From assembly GCA_017540455.1 (NCBI GenBank), contig JAFYAZ010000039.1, forward strand, positions 5,587 through 69,586: a DNA stretch of 64,000 nt. Reading direction: 5' to 3'. A program made the position numbers and the translations under genes. The DNA comes from Bacilli bacterium. Its GTDB lineage: Bacteria > Bacillota_I > Bacilli_A > RFN20 > CAG-826. Shown piece after piece: positions 34,719-45,438 of the stretch (positions are counted from its first letter, which is position 1; each line of letters opens with the position of its first letter). Below the pieces are notes generated by a model, which was not told the DNA's origin, ran no database searches, and worked only from the letters and a program-made list of their open reading frames with translations.

Positions 34719-36104
34719 ATGCCTGAGTTACCTGAGGTTGAAACAGTCGTTAGGATTCTTAATGGCTTCGTCCCAAAGAAGGCCATCAAGGATATCCGCA
34801 TCTTCCACGAGAAGTCGGTTTTGACGCCTGCTTCTACTTTTAAGGCCGCTTTGATCGGCGAGACCTTCCTTCCTTGCACAAGGATTGGGAAGTTCATCAT
34901 CTTCCACTTAACGAATGAAAAAGTCGTCATCTCCCATCTTAGGATGGAAGGGAAATACTTTGAGGGTGAGGCAGGTCAAAAGCCTGAGAAACATGACACC
35001 CTCATCTATGACTTCACGGACGGAACTTCACTTCGTTTCAATGACGTCAGGAAGTTTGGCATCGTTGAGCTTAAGAGTGAGTCCGACTACAAGACCACCC
35101 TACCTATCTCGAAGTTAGGAAAAGAGCCTTGGGACCTTGAAGCGAAAGATCTTCATGAGTCCTTTAAGAAGATATCCGGTCCGGTGAAGAACGCTTTACT
35201 CGATCAGACGATTATCCTTGGACTAGGCAATATCTACGCGGATGAGGTGCTTTTTGCCAGCAAAATCAACCCAAAATCCCCTGCAAAAACCCTCTCAATT
35301 GCAGAATGTGGCCGAATCGTCGAGGAATCTAGAAGGATTCTTTCAGAGGCTATTAAGCAAGGCGGAAGCACGATAAGAAGCTATCACCCGAAAGAGGGTA
35401 TGAGCGGAAACATGCAAAACGAACTCCACGCCTATGGCCACGAAGGAATGAAATGTGACCGTTGCGGCATGATCATGAGAAAGATAACTCTAGGAGGCAG
35501 AGGAACGACCTATTGCCCGAAGTGTCAGCCTCTTAAAGGCAAGCCTTTCATTGTTGGAGTGACTGGTCCTATCGGTTCAGGGAAATCTTCTGTATCTGCT
35601 TACCTTAAAGACAAAGGTTTCAAAGTCTTATCCGCGGATGATATCGTCCACTCCTTATATAAGGAAGACGAAGTGAAAGACCATCTCCGTAAGAAGTTCG
35701 GAGAAAACCTATTCAAGGAAGGAGAAATCAATAAGGGTGAGCTCCTTTCCTTATTAGCAAACCCAAAAACAAGGAAGTCTTTTGAAGAATATGTCCACTC
35801 GAAAGTCTACGAAAGGATGTATTCGGAAATCGATTCAGGCAAATACAAGAAAGTGGTCGTCGATGTCCCTCTCCTCATCGGAGGGCCTTTGGAGAAAGAC
35901 TCTGACCTCATCGTCTTGATCACCGCTTCAAAAGAAGTCAGGGAGCAAAGGCTCATCAAGAGAAACGTCGACCCAAAGAAATACTTAGACCTCAATGATT
36001 CTTTCCCTCTCAGGAAAGCGAAAAAAGCCGCCTCAATCACTCTTGACGGAAGCGGCTCTTTGAAAGACTTATACAAACAACTAGATCACTTCGACCTCTT
36101 TTGA
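34719..36104 (+). CDS. mutM: fusion protein: formamidopyrimidine-DNA glycosylase (MutM/Fpg) + dephospho-CoA kinase (CoaE)
   Basis: This is a single uninterrupted 461-aa ORF. The Fpg part has MPELPEVETV..., and the zinc finger CDRCG...TTYCPKCQ ends near residue 270. CoaE follows immediately, with FIVGVTGPIGSGKSSVSAYL (P-loop) and VVVDVPLL. Confidence 0.8.
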   Translation: MPELPEVETVVRILNGFVPKKAIKDIRIFHEKSVLTPASTFKAALIGETFLPCTRIGKFIIFHLTNEKVVISHLRMEGKYFEGEAGQKPEKHDTLIYDFTDGTSLRFNDVRKFGIVELKSESDYKTTLPISKLGKEPWDLEAKDLHESFKKISGPVKNALLDQTIILGLGNIYADEVLFASKINPKSPAKTLSIAECGRIVEESRRILSEAIKQGGSTIRSYHPKEGMSGNMQNELHAYGHEGMKCDRCGMIMRKITLGGRGTTYCPKCQPLKGKPFIVGVTGPIGSGKSSVSAYLKDKGFKVLSADDIVHSLYKEDEVKDHLRKKFGENLFKEGEINKGELLSLLANPKTRKSFEEYVHSKVYERMYSEIDSGKYKKVVVDVPLLIGGPLEKDSDLIVLITASKEVREQRLIKRNVDPKKYLDLNDSFPLRKAKKAASITLDGSGSLKDLYKQLDHFDLF

Positions 36105-36991
36105 GCGAAGGTCTCTAACCCCGCTTCAAGAATAACGACTTTGTCGATATTCTTTTCGATGAGCTTGCTGACTCTTGAGCCTTCGATGTAGCTCTTATGA
36201 AGGCTATAGAGCTGCTTGATCTCATCTAGGGTGTATTGGCTGGTGAAATAGGTTCTTAAGCCTGCCCTGCTTCTTTCGGCCAAAAGAGGGAGGACGATTT
36301 GGTCACGGATGTATTCGGATTTGAATTCGTTGCCAAAGTCATCGATGACCATGGTTCCGCATCCTTCTAAAGAGGCCATGATCTTATCGAATTCCTGGCG
36401 GTTCTTGATGGCAAGGGCTTTGAGTTCGTCGAAACGTTTCGCTCCATTGATGAAGCAGACGCTTTCACCATCGGCGGCTAAACCATTAAGGACGGCAGCC
36501 AAATAATATGATTTGCCGCATCCTGAATCGCCTTTGACGAAAACCCATGGTTTTGTGCATGTTTTTGTGAAGGTCTTTGCTAAAGCGGTCCTGAGTTTCT
36601 TATATCTTTCGCCTTTGATGGATTTGCCATTTAGGTCTTTCCAGCTCTCTGGGAAGTCCTTATAGATGTAATTCTTCTCAAGGGCTTCTTTTCTCTTTGT
36701 CTCTTCACTTGGCCCAAGGGTGTAGGAAAGCTTGCCAGAGTCATCGATGCAAAGTTTCATCGTGAGACCTGGGTATGGGGCTTCGAGTTCTTTCTTTGGG
36801 TCTTCTTCCGCGTCTCTTTGGTCGAGATATGTCGCAAGAAGAGGGAGATATTTGTCGATCTCGGAATCATCGATATCGAGAGCGTGGAGCTCGTTCATAA
36901 GACGGCGGTCGTTAAGGATCTCGTCGTGGAGGCTATTTTCTTTGTTAGAAGCGCCTTTTATTTCTTTCGTGTCTTTCACAAACGTTTCCAT
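36086..36991 (-). CDS. dnaI: primosomal helicase loader DnaI
   Basis: 301 aa. Walker A is KGDSGCGKSYYLAA and Walker B is MVIDDFG. It lies downstream of the dnaB-type gene, as in Bacillus. Its 3' end overlaps the convergent mutM-coaE by 19 nt. Confidence 0.8.
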   Translation of the reverse strand: METFVKDTKEIKGASNKENSLHDEILNDRRLMNELHALDIDDSEIDKYLPLLATYLDQRDAEEDPKKELEAPYPGLTMKLCIDDSGKLSYTLGPSEETKRKEALEKNYIYKDFPESWKDLNGKSIKGERYKKLRTALAKTFTKTCTKPWVFVKGDSGCGKSYYLAAVLNGLAADGESVCFINGAKRFDELKALAIKNRQEFDKIMASLEGCGTMVIDDFGNEFKSEYIRDQIVLPLLAERSRAGLRTYFTSQYTLDEIKQLYSLHKSYIEGSRVSKLIEKNIDKVVILEAGLETFAQKRSK

Positions 36992-36995
36992 ATCT

Positions 36996-38282
36996 TTACT
37001 TCCTGCCTCTATTCTTCATAAGCGCTTCAAATTCTTCTTCGTCGATCTCTTCTTCCTCGACTTCATCCACCACTTCGGATGGCTTTTCTTCTTTGACTGG
37101 TTTCTCGACCGGTTTTGGTTCTGACTTCTTGCCGTTACGCTTGGCATGGCTACCTAAGAAGTTAAGGGCATCGAGAGCGTTCGTGATGCCTGCTCTGACG
37201 AGGGAAGCGCCTAACTTCGTTACGTAAGCGCCAGAGAGCGCGTTCTCTTGCACGCCTAATACGTAGAAGATGAGGGCGTTAGCGACATTCTCAGGGACAC
37301 CCATCTCAACGACGAGGGTGTTGATGAGTTTGACATCGCTTGGGGCTGGCTTATTGCCACGCTGGAGCTTGGTGAGGAACTGGAGGGTGGACATGTTGTC
37401 CATCATGCGGATGACCTTTGCCGTTGGAGCGTCGCCATGGATCTCACTATTAGTGGACTTGATGTGCTCCTTATGGAGATAGTCGTATTTGGCGTTTTGG
37501 ATGGCGAGCTCACTAAGATGATCGAAGTCGATTCTCTTGCCGATGACGTTTCTTGGGCGATATGAATCGGAGACGAATGAGGCCATCGCGCTTTCTTCGT
37601 AAGAATAGAGAGCGGAGATTCTGGCGATTCGCATCGATTCCTCTTTAGTGATGTAGGCTGGCTTGATTGTTGGGTTGAGTTCAATGAGAGCAGACATGAA
37701 GGCGTTGTTGTCAAAGCCAAGCTGCAAGCTTCCGAATTTCCTCTCGCCGGTCTTTGGGCCGCTTTGGATGATGGAGGCATTGCCAACATTGAGATGGAAG
37801 ACGTCGACGAACCGCTCACTGACGTTCTCAAAGCCTTCTTCGATGGTGCTTGTTTCATACTTCTTGGCGATCGCTTTGCAACCGTCTTCGCTAAGGAAGC
37901 TTCTTAAGGTGCCATATAAGAGCTCATTGCTGAAGAACTGGGCTGGGGTTCTTGGAGCCATGATTGAATAGAGATATAAGTGCTTTTTGCCAAGGATTTT
38001 GTGGTAAGTAGCCACTAAACCGACGGCTTCTAGATATGAGAGGGCGTTCTCGAGTTCGCCGCTTGATAGGCGGTACTTGCTTAGGAACTCAGAGAGAGGT
38101 TTTTGCTCCCCTCCTTTTTCGGCGATGAAAGCAAAATAGACACTCACGTTCTTGATGCCGATTATCGGGGCATAAAGATCGAGAGCGTACTCATAATCGT
38201 TGCTTGAGATAAGGCTTGTTTTCCGTATCTCAAAGATATCACTTGGGGATAATGTCGCTTTCATGGTGCCTAATCTTAGCAT
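36996..38282 (-). CDS. dnaB: replication initiation and membrane attachment protein (Bacillus DnaB / DnaD-domain helicase co-loader)
   Basis: 428 aa. The call rests on its position directly upstream of dnaI, DnaD-like repeat regions and an acidic/lysine-rich C-tail. The alternative start ATG 38264 is possible. Confidence 0.65.
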   Translation of the reverse strand: MLRLGTMKATLSPSDIFEIRKTSLISSNDYEYALDLYAPIIGIKNVSVYFAFIAEKGGEQKPLSEFLSKYRLSSGELENALSYLEAVGLVATYHKILGKKHLYLYSIMAPRTPAQFFSNELLYGTLRSFLSEDGCKAIAKKYETSTIEEGFENVSERFVDVFHLNVGNASIIQSGPKTGERKFGSLQLGFDNNAFMSALIELNPTIKPAYITKEESMRIARISALYSYEESAMASFVSDSYRPRNVIGKRIDFDHLSELAIQNAKYDYLHKEHIKSTNSEIHGDAPTAKVIRMMDNMSTLQFLTKLQRGNKPAPSDVKLINTLVVEMGVPENVANALIFYVLGVQENALSGAYVTKLGASLVRAGITNALDALNFLGSHAKRNGKKSEPKPVEKPVKEEKPSEVVDEVEEEEIDEEEFEALMKNRGRK

Positions 38283-38336
38283 TTTCTTTGTTGTCGAAAA
38301 AGGGCTTTTACTCGATTATTCCTTACTTTTTGGGAC

Positions 38337-38422
38337 TTTTCCACATAGAGGGAATTCCGCCAAATCCACACACTGACGGAAGAATGCCATCTTTGTCACA
38401 AAAGGAAATTGAGTTATCCACA
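38337..38422 (+). promoter_or_regulatory. cluster of three co-oriented DnaA-box-like 9-mers
   Basis: TTATCCACA (38414-38422) is a perfect consensus. TTTTCCACA (38337-38345) has 1 mismatch and AAATCCACA (38362-38370) has 2. The cluster lies in the divergent dnaB / pfkA intergenic region. Confidence 0.5.
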
Positions 38423-38541
38423 TTTTTATCCTCATTCTTTCGGTAGATTGTCCCCTACCTTTTATATAGATAAAAAATCTTCAAATTTGGCCCCTAAAAA
38501 ATCCTAACTATCCAGAAATATATGTAATATAATCGTTGTGA

Positions 38542-39522
<981 letters not shown>

Positions 39523-39681
39523 AAGACAAAGGGGATGCCAGTCATCTCCTTTTTTGGTTGTTTGACTTTGTCTACTGATTATTTGTATATTGGATTCCGT
39601 ATGGACAAAATCTTAGCGAAGGCTGGAATAACTACTCAATAGAAACTGGCAACGCTACAATGATAGCCTAATCGATCATCT

Positions 39682-41778
39682 ATGCTCGAAACAAAAAACC
39701 TTGGCAAAACATACCTAAACAAAGGAAAAACCACCGCTGCCCTGAAGAATATTTCGCTTTCGTTTCCTTCAACATCACTTATTGTTTTGTCTGGGCAGAG
39801 CGGCTCCGGAAAGACAACGCTTTTAAACATTCTTGGAGGGATGGATTCTCCTACAGAAGGGACCTTTTCTTTTGAAGGACTTGAAATCGAAAGAAAAACC
39901 GTCGACTCTTTCAGAAAAAACAGCATTGGCTTTGTCTTTCAGGATTACAACCTAATCGAAGATGCTTCGATAAGAGGCAACCTTAATATGGCTTTCGAAA
40001 TCAACGGAAGAAAGCCAGATGAAAAACTGATCGCCCATTATTTGAAACTCGTTCGTTTGCCTGACGAAAACGAAAGTCTTGAAGAGTTGTTAATAAAAAA
40101 GCCTAATGAACTATCTGGAGGACAAAGGCAAAGGGTCGCTATAGCTCGTGCTTTAATCAAAGAGCCTTCAGTTTTGTTGTTGGATGAGCCAACCGGTTCC
40201 TTAGACAAGGATAATTCGATCAGTCTCATCAAAGTGCTCAAAGATATTTCTAAAAACCGGCTTGTTCTGCTGTCGACTCACGACATGGACGTTGCAAGAC
40301 CATACGCTGATCGCATTATCTCTCTCAAAAACGGGGAGGTCATCGACGACAAAACTATTATCAGTCCAAACGAAACAGAACCCAATCAAGATGATAAGCG
40401 AAAGGGCTCCACTTGGTATTCCTTGCTTTGTTCTTTGAAAACCGCGTTCAGAGGAATGTTAAAGAACCCCATTCGTCTTATCAGTTCAATTATCCTTTCT
40501 TCATTGGCTTGCGGAGGACTTGGGGTCGCCTTGTCCCTGAACACCGCAGACGAAGGAAAGATTAGCATCCGAACCCAATACGAACAAAGCGATAAAAAGT
40601 TTTTCTTCGTGGGTTCCCTGTCAGAGAAGCTGGAAAACGGGGAGGCGAAAAAACGCGAATGCAGTTTTTCTAAGGAACAGAGAGAGAAACTGACGGCGTT
40701 TAACGGCGGGAACGAACCAATTTATCTATCTAAAAGCGGCGTACAGTATGACAGATCGTCAGTGATAGGCCGTTCATCTTTTAACTCAGAAAGTCCATAC
40801 GCCAGGTTCTTATTTACATCTTATGACTATGTAATGGAGATAGATGAGGAAGCAAATCAAAAAAATGGAGTCCTTACGAAAAGCGAACTGTTGAGCGAAG
40901 AGACGATGTGTAGACTCCCAGAGAATTATGGGGAAATAGCATTGACCGACATGCAAGCAGATTATTTGTATAGATACGGTTATTACAACACCGAGAACAA
41001 GGAAGAGGTTCTTTTTAGCTCATTCGATGAAATAATCGGTCAAAAAATAGATGGTCTCTCCATTACCGGCATCTTTAAAACGGAAGAAAACATTATGGAT
41101 TGGTTTGCCCTTGATGACCTAACGCCAGGCAAAAACAAAGATGCTGACTCAAAAGAAATGAGATTAGCGGCTGGTTATTCTCCTGGCAAATATTTGATAG
41201 CTAAACCTGGCTTTTCACGAGACAGAGGCAAACAGCCAACTCTTGCGATGCTTCGCTTATCGGGTAATCTTAAGAACGAATTAGCTCTACGGTCATCGCT
41301 CTCATATGACAGCGCAGACGCACATTATTCTTGTTATCTCGCCGGTAGATATAGCGGTTTCTCTTCCCGCATACAAATCATCAGCGATTTTGCTAAGGTT
41401 GTGATTTTTGGAGTCATCACATGTTTTGTCGTAATCGAAATGATTCTATCTTTGAACTTTTTTCACACAAATATAAAGGAAATGGAGAGGGAACTTGGAA
41501 TAATGAAAGCATTAGGCGCAAAAAAATCCACCACTATCACAACCATATTCACCCAAGGATTCATAATTGCCGCCATTGAATTCATACTATCTTTGGTTGT
41601 CTGCGCTATTGGAAATCTGATATTCAACCTGAAACTATCCATCTCGATACTCGAATTGTCTGCGATTCCTTTCCTAGGCATGCTCGCCCTCATCGTTTTG
41701 ACTATGCTCATCGTCTCTTCGTTCTCATCTTTGAAGGCTTTGACAAAGAAGCCAATCGATATCATTGAGAATAAATAA
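39682..41778 (+). CDS. ABC transporter, fused ATPase + FtsX/MacB-type permease
   Basis: 698 aa. Walker A is GQSGSGKTT, the signature is LSGGQRQR and Walker B is LLLDEP. The C-terminal FtsX-like helices include ELGIMKALGAKK. Confidence 0.75.
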   Translation: MLETKNLGKTYLNKGKTTAALKNISLSFPSTSLIVLSGQSGSGKTTLLNILGGMDSPTEGTFSFEGLEIERKTVDSFRKNSIGFVFQDYNLIEDASIRGNLNMAFEINGRKPDEKLIAHYLKLVRLPDENESLEELLIKKPNELSGGQRQRVAIARALIKEPSVLLLDEPTGSLDKDNSISLIKVLKDISKNRLVLLSTHDMDVARPYADRIISLKNGEVIDDKTIISPNETEPNQDDKRKGSTWYSLLCSLKTAFRGMLKNPIRLISSIILSSLACGGLGVALSLNTADEGKISIRTQYEQSDKKFFFVGSLSEKLENGEAKKRECSFSKEQREKLTAFNGGNEPIYLSKSGVQYDRSSVIGRSSFNSESPYARFLFTSYDYVMEIDEEANQKNGVLTKSELLSEETMCRLPENYGEIALTDMQADYLYRYGYYNTENKEEVLFSSFDEIIGQKIDGLSITGIFKTEENIMDWFALDDLTPGKNKDADSKEMRLAAGYSPGKYLIAKPGFSRDRGKQPTLAMLRLSGNLKNELALRSSLSYDSADAHYSCYLAGRYSGFSSRIQIISDFAKVVIFGVITCFVVIEMILSLNFFHTNIKEMERELGIMKALGAKKSTTITTIFTQGFIIAAIEFILSLVVCAIGNLIFNLKLSISILELSAIPFLGMLALIVLTMLIVSSFSSLKALTKKPIDIIENK

Positions 41779-41793
41779 AGAAAATCCTTTTTC

Positions 41794-42006
41794 TTGACAA
41801 TACGAACCTCGGTTCTAGAATGTGTTTAGCGATGACGGAGACACGCTCAAATGCCTATAGGCATATGGAGTACCACTCCTGAGCCCCTGACGATGAGCCA
41901 GGCGTTGCCTATTCGCGTTAAGAGTAGGAAAGTGCACTCGTGAGAGTGAAGCAAGGTGGTACCGCGCGGAAGCGTCCTTAAGAGAAGAGGGCGTTTTTAT
42001 TTTTTT
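41794..42006 (+). promoter_or_regulatory. promoter + Thr-specific T-box leader with terminator upstream of thrS
   Basis: The promoter is TTGACA (41794-41799), a 16-nt spacer and TAGAAT (41816-41821). The T-box sequence AAGGTGGTACCGCG lies at 41953-41966. The terminator is CGTCCT...AGGGCG plus a T-run (41973-42006). The candidate specifier ACC (Thr) lies at 41872-41874 within GGAGUACCACUCC. Confidence 0.8.
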
Positions 42007-42024
42007 CGCCCAGAAAGGTCACTT

Positions 42025-43926
42025 ATGAAGATTATCTACGAAGGAAAAGAAATCGAGATCAAAGACGAGGCCAATGGCTTTGATTTGGCCAAGGAATTCG
42101 ATAGCGAGAACAAAAACGAAGATGTCGGCTATCTCGTCGAAGAGAAGATCTACGACATGAGAATGACTTTGCCAGCCGGCAAGGAAATCAAATTCATCAA
42201 GAAAGGTTCCAAAGAGGCCTTCGAGATGCTTAACCACAGCACCTCCCATCTTATGGCCCAGGCTTTGACCCATTTATATCCAGGATGCAAATTCGGATAT
42301 GGCCCTGCTATCGATGAAGGCTATTACTATGACGTCGATTTCGGCGATGCCAAGATAACCGAAGAGGATTTCGCCAAGATCGAGGCCGAGATGAAGAAAT
42401 GCGCCAAAGAGAACAACCCATATATCCGCAAGGATATCACCGCCGATGAAGCGCGTGTTGCCTTTAAGAACAACGAATACAAGCAAGAGCTCATTGATGA
42501 ACACCAAGATGAGATGCTCACCACCTATCAGAACGGTGACTTCCTTGATTTCTGCAAAGGCCCACACATCCCATCCACCGGCATGATCAAGCACTTCAAG
42601 CTTCTTAGCGTCGCCGGCGCTTACTGGAGAGGTGACAGCAACAACAAGCAGCTCACCCGTATCTACGGCACCTCCTGGTGGAGTGAGGAAGACCTCAAAG
42701 AGCACCTCGACATATTAGAGAAGAGAAAGGCCAACGACCACCGCAAACTCGGTCGTGAGCTTGGCTTATTCATGATCACCGATTACGGTCCAGGCTTCCC
42801 ATTCTTCCTTCCAAACGGCATGACCCTCAAGAACGCCCTTATGGATTACTGGAAGAAACTCCATATCAAATACGGCTACAAGTTCATCGAGACCCCAACC
42901 ATGCTCTCCAGAGAACTCTGGGAGACCTCTGGTCACTGGGCTCACTACAAAGAGAACATGTACACCACCAAGATCGACGAGAAGGATTTCGCCATCAAGC
43001 CGATGAACTGCCCTGGCGCCATGCTCGTCTACAATAACGAAATCCACTCCTACAAAGATTTGCCTCTCCGCTTAGCGGAGACCGGCCACGTCCACCGTCA
43101 CGAAGCTAGTGGCGCTCTCAATGGCTTATTCAGAGTCCGCGCCTTCACCCAGGACGATAGCCACATCTTCGTCAGACAAGACCAGATCGAGAGCGAAGTC
43201 AAAAACATCATGAAGCTCTTCGATGAGGTTTATAGCGTCTTCGGACTTTCCTATAAGATCGTCCTTTCCACGATGCCAGATGACCATATCGGCACCGAGG
43301 AATTCTGGAAGAAGTCAGAAGAGGCTCTTGCCGCCGCATGTGAGTCTAGCGGACACGAATACAGCATCAATCCAAAAGACGGTGCCTTCTATGGTCCAAA
43401 GCTCGACTTCAAACTCAAGGACTGCATGGGCAGAACCTGGCAGTGTGGCACCATCCAGCTTGACGTCAACCTCCCACAGAGATTCAACTGCTACTACATC
43501 GACCAGAACGGTGAGAAGGTCATGCCTGTCATGCTCCACCGCGTCGTCTTCGGTTCCATCGAGAGATTCATCGGCATCATCACCGAGAACTTCGGCGGTG
43601 CCTTCCCAACCTTCCTTGCCCCAGTCCAGGTCAACCTCCTCCCAGTCAATGGCGAGGTCCATGGCGAATACGCGAAGAAACTCTATGACATCATGTCCTC
43701 TGAGGGCATCAGATGCGAGATCAGCGGTGACAACGAGAAGCTTGGCTACCGCATGAGGCAATCGATCGTCAGAAAGATCCCATTCACCCTTGTCCTTGGC
43801 GACAAAGAGATGGCCAACAACGAAGTCACCTACCGCGTCTATGGCCAAGAGAAGCAGATCACCGTCTCCTTCGAAGAATTCAAGAAGATGGTCCACCACT
43901 CAATCGAGACCTACGCTAGATATTAA
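42025..43926 (+). CDS. thrS: threonyl-tRNA synthetase
   Basis: It has the TGS N-terminus, HSTSHLMAQA, the class II core FAIKPMNCPG and HRHEASGALNGLFRVR. The start is trimmed to ATG 42025 (MKIIYEGKE) because the upstream part of the track ORF is the T-box leader. Confidence 0.9.
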   Translation: MKIIYEGKEIEIKDEANGFDLAKEFDSENKNEDVGYLVEEKIYDMRMTLPAGKEIKFIKKGSKEAFEMLNHSTSHLMAQALTHLYPGCKFGYGPAIDEGYYYDVDFGDAKITEEDFAKIEAEMKKCAKENNPYIRKDITADEARVAFKNNEYKQELIDEHQDEMLTTYQNGDFLDFCKGPHIPSTGMIKHFKLLSVAGAYWRGDSNNKQLTRIYGTSWWSEEDLKEHLDILEKRKANDHRKLGRELGLFMITDYGPGFPFFLPNGMTLKNALMDYWKKLHIKYGYKFIETPTMLSRELWETSGHWAHYKENMYTTKIDEKDFAIKPMNCPGAMLVYNNEIHSYKDLPLRLAETGHVHRHEASGALNGLFRVRAFTQDDSHIFVRQDQIESEVKNIMKLFDEVYSVFGLSYKIVLSTMPDDHIGTEEFWKKSEEALAAACESSGHEYSINPKDGAFYGPKLDFKLKDCMGRTWQCGTIQLDVNLPQRFNCYYIDQNGEKVMPVMLHRVVFGSIERFIGIITENFGGAFPTFLAPVQVNLLPVNGEVHGEYAKKLYDIMSSEGIRCEISGDNEKLGYRMRQSIVRKIPFTLVLGDKEMANNEVTYRVYGQEKQITVSFEEFKKMVHHSIETYARY

Positions 43927-44141
43927 TAGGACATATCAATCAAGGAACCTCACGGGGTTCCTTTTTTGTTATTCGCGCGTTCATTTGATAAATACGAGGG
44001 TAGCGCTTACATCAAAACAAGAAACATCTTTACAAAATGCAAAGGCATTTTTCTTAGGAAAAAGGCCATGTATCCATTTTTGGGTGGACATACACGCGTG
44101 AATGATTTTTAATAATCTAGTATTTCAGTTACGAGGTAATT

Positions 44142-45341
44142 ATGAAAAAACAATTTATTTTTCTCACTTTGCTCTCTGCTTTAGTCCTTGGATCCTGCAA
44201 CACTCCTGCGACTTCAAGCAACAGCAACGCCACCGAGACCAGCGAAGAAAGCACTGCTTCCATTGCCCTTTCTTCCATCACCGCTCCTGATTCCTTAGAT
44301 CCAGAAGCCCAGCCAGAAAACGACATCCACTCTGAGCTCCAGTACAAGTATCTTTGCGACGAGTGGGGCTCCATCAAGACTTATGTCCCAACGACCGCCG
44401 CCAGCGGTTCCAATCCAGGCAACCTTTCCTCCCCAAGAGGTTTGATCCTCGATTTCGAGGATGTCGATGATGCCGACACCTACTACATCGAAATCTCCAA
44501 GAACGCCAACTTCGAAGGCTCCAAGATCGTCACTTCCACCGAGAAGAGCTACGCCTACAAGAGCGCTGAAATCGGCGTCAACTACTACTACAGAGTCGCT
44601 TCTAGCACCGAAGGCCTTGCCACCGCTGCTACCAAGACCAAAGCTTCCGCCCTCATCGCCCCAAGAAACATTGAGGTTGGCGGTGTCGTCAACTTCCGTG
44701 ATATCGGTGGTTGGAAAACTTCCTTAGTCGAAAACGGCTACATCAAACAGGGTCTTTACTACCGCTGCGGCGAATTCAACAAGACCAGCGCCGCTAACGC
44801 CAAAAACATCACTGCCGAAGGCAAAGAGCTCATCAAAGAACTCGGCATCAAAGTCGACATCGATATGAGAGACTCTTATCGTGTCACCGCCCTCAATGGC
44901 AAATCCCCAGCTTCCAGCGACGATTGGGAGATCGAAGTCGTCAATGGCTCCATCCCATCTGGCACAGAGAGCACCCGTTTCTCCGGATTCGCCGATGTCT
45001 ACAAGAAGATCTTCGATCAGATTGCCTTAGCCGATGAGAAGCCAATCGCCCTCCACTGCGCCAACGGTGCTGACAGAACCGGTATCGTCTGCTTCTTCCT
45101 TCTTGCCCTTCTTGGTGCTAGCGAAGAAGATTGCGGCCGTGACTACTCCTTCACCAGATTCGCTGGTGAGAGAGACGTCGACCACACCGTCGAATTCGAT
45201 GGTTGGATGAACGCCACCAAAGCCTTAGAAGGTGATACCTTAGCCGAAAAGATGAAGAACCATCTTATGAGCAAAGGCATCGAAGAAGAGACTCTCGAGC
45301 ACATCCGTGAGATCTTCATCCCTGGCTACCAGGCTGCCTAA
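44142..45341 (+). CDS. lipoprotein with C-terminal protein-tyrosine/dual-specificity phosphatase-like domain
   Basis: 399 aa. The signal is MKKQFIFLTLLSALVLGSC. The CX5R active-site loop is IALHCANGADRTGIV. Confidence 0.65.
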   Translation: MKKQFIFLTLLSALVLGSCNTPATSSNSNATETSEESTASIALSSITAPDSLDPEAQPENDIHSELQYKYLCDEWGSIKTYVPTTAASGSNPGNLSSPRGLILDFEDVDDADTYYIEISKNANFEGSKIVTSTEKSYAYKSAEIGVNYYYRVASSTEGLATAATKTKASALIAPRNIEVGGVVNFRDIGGWKTSLVENGYIKQGLYYRCGEFNKTSAANAKNITAEGKELIKELGIKVDIDMRDSYRVTALNGKSPASSDDWEIEVVNGSIPSGTESTRFSGFADVYKKIFDQIALADEKPIALHCANGADRTGIVCFFLLALLGASEEDCGRDYSFTRFAGERDVDHTVEFDGWMNATKALEGDTLAEKMKNHLMSKGIEEETLEHIREIFIPGYQAA

Positions 45342-45438
45342 TTTCTCAAACAACTAAAGGGCTGCAAATCGCAGCTCTTTTTTATTGGGTCAAAAGAAAA
45401 GGAACGGGATTTGCCGCTCCTTTTTGATTTTTCTTTGT

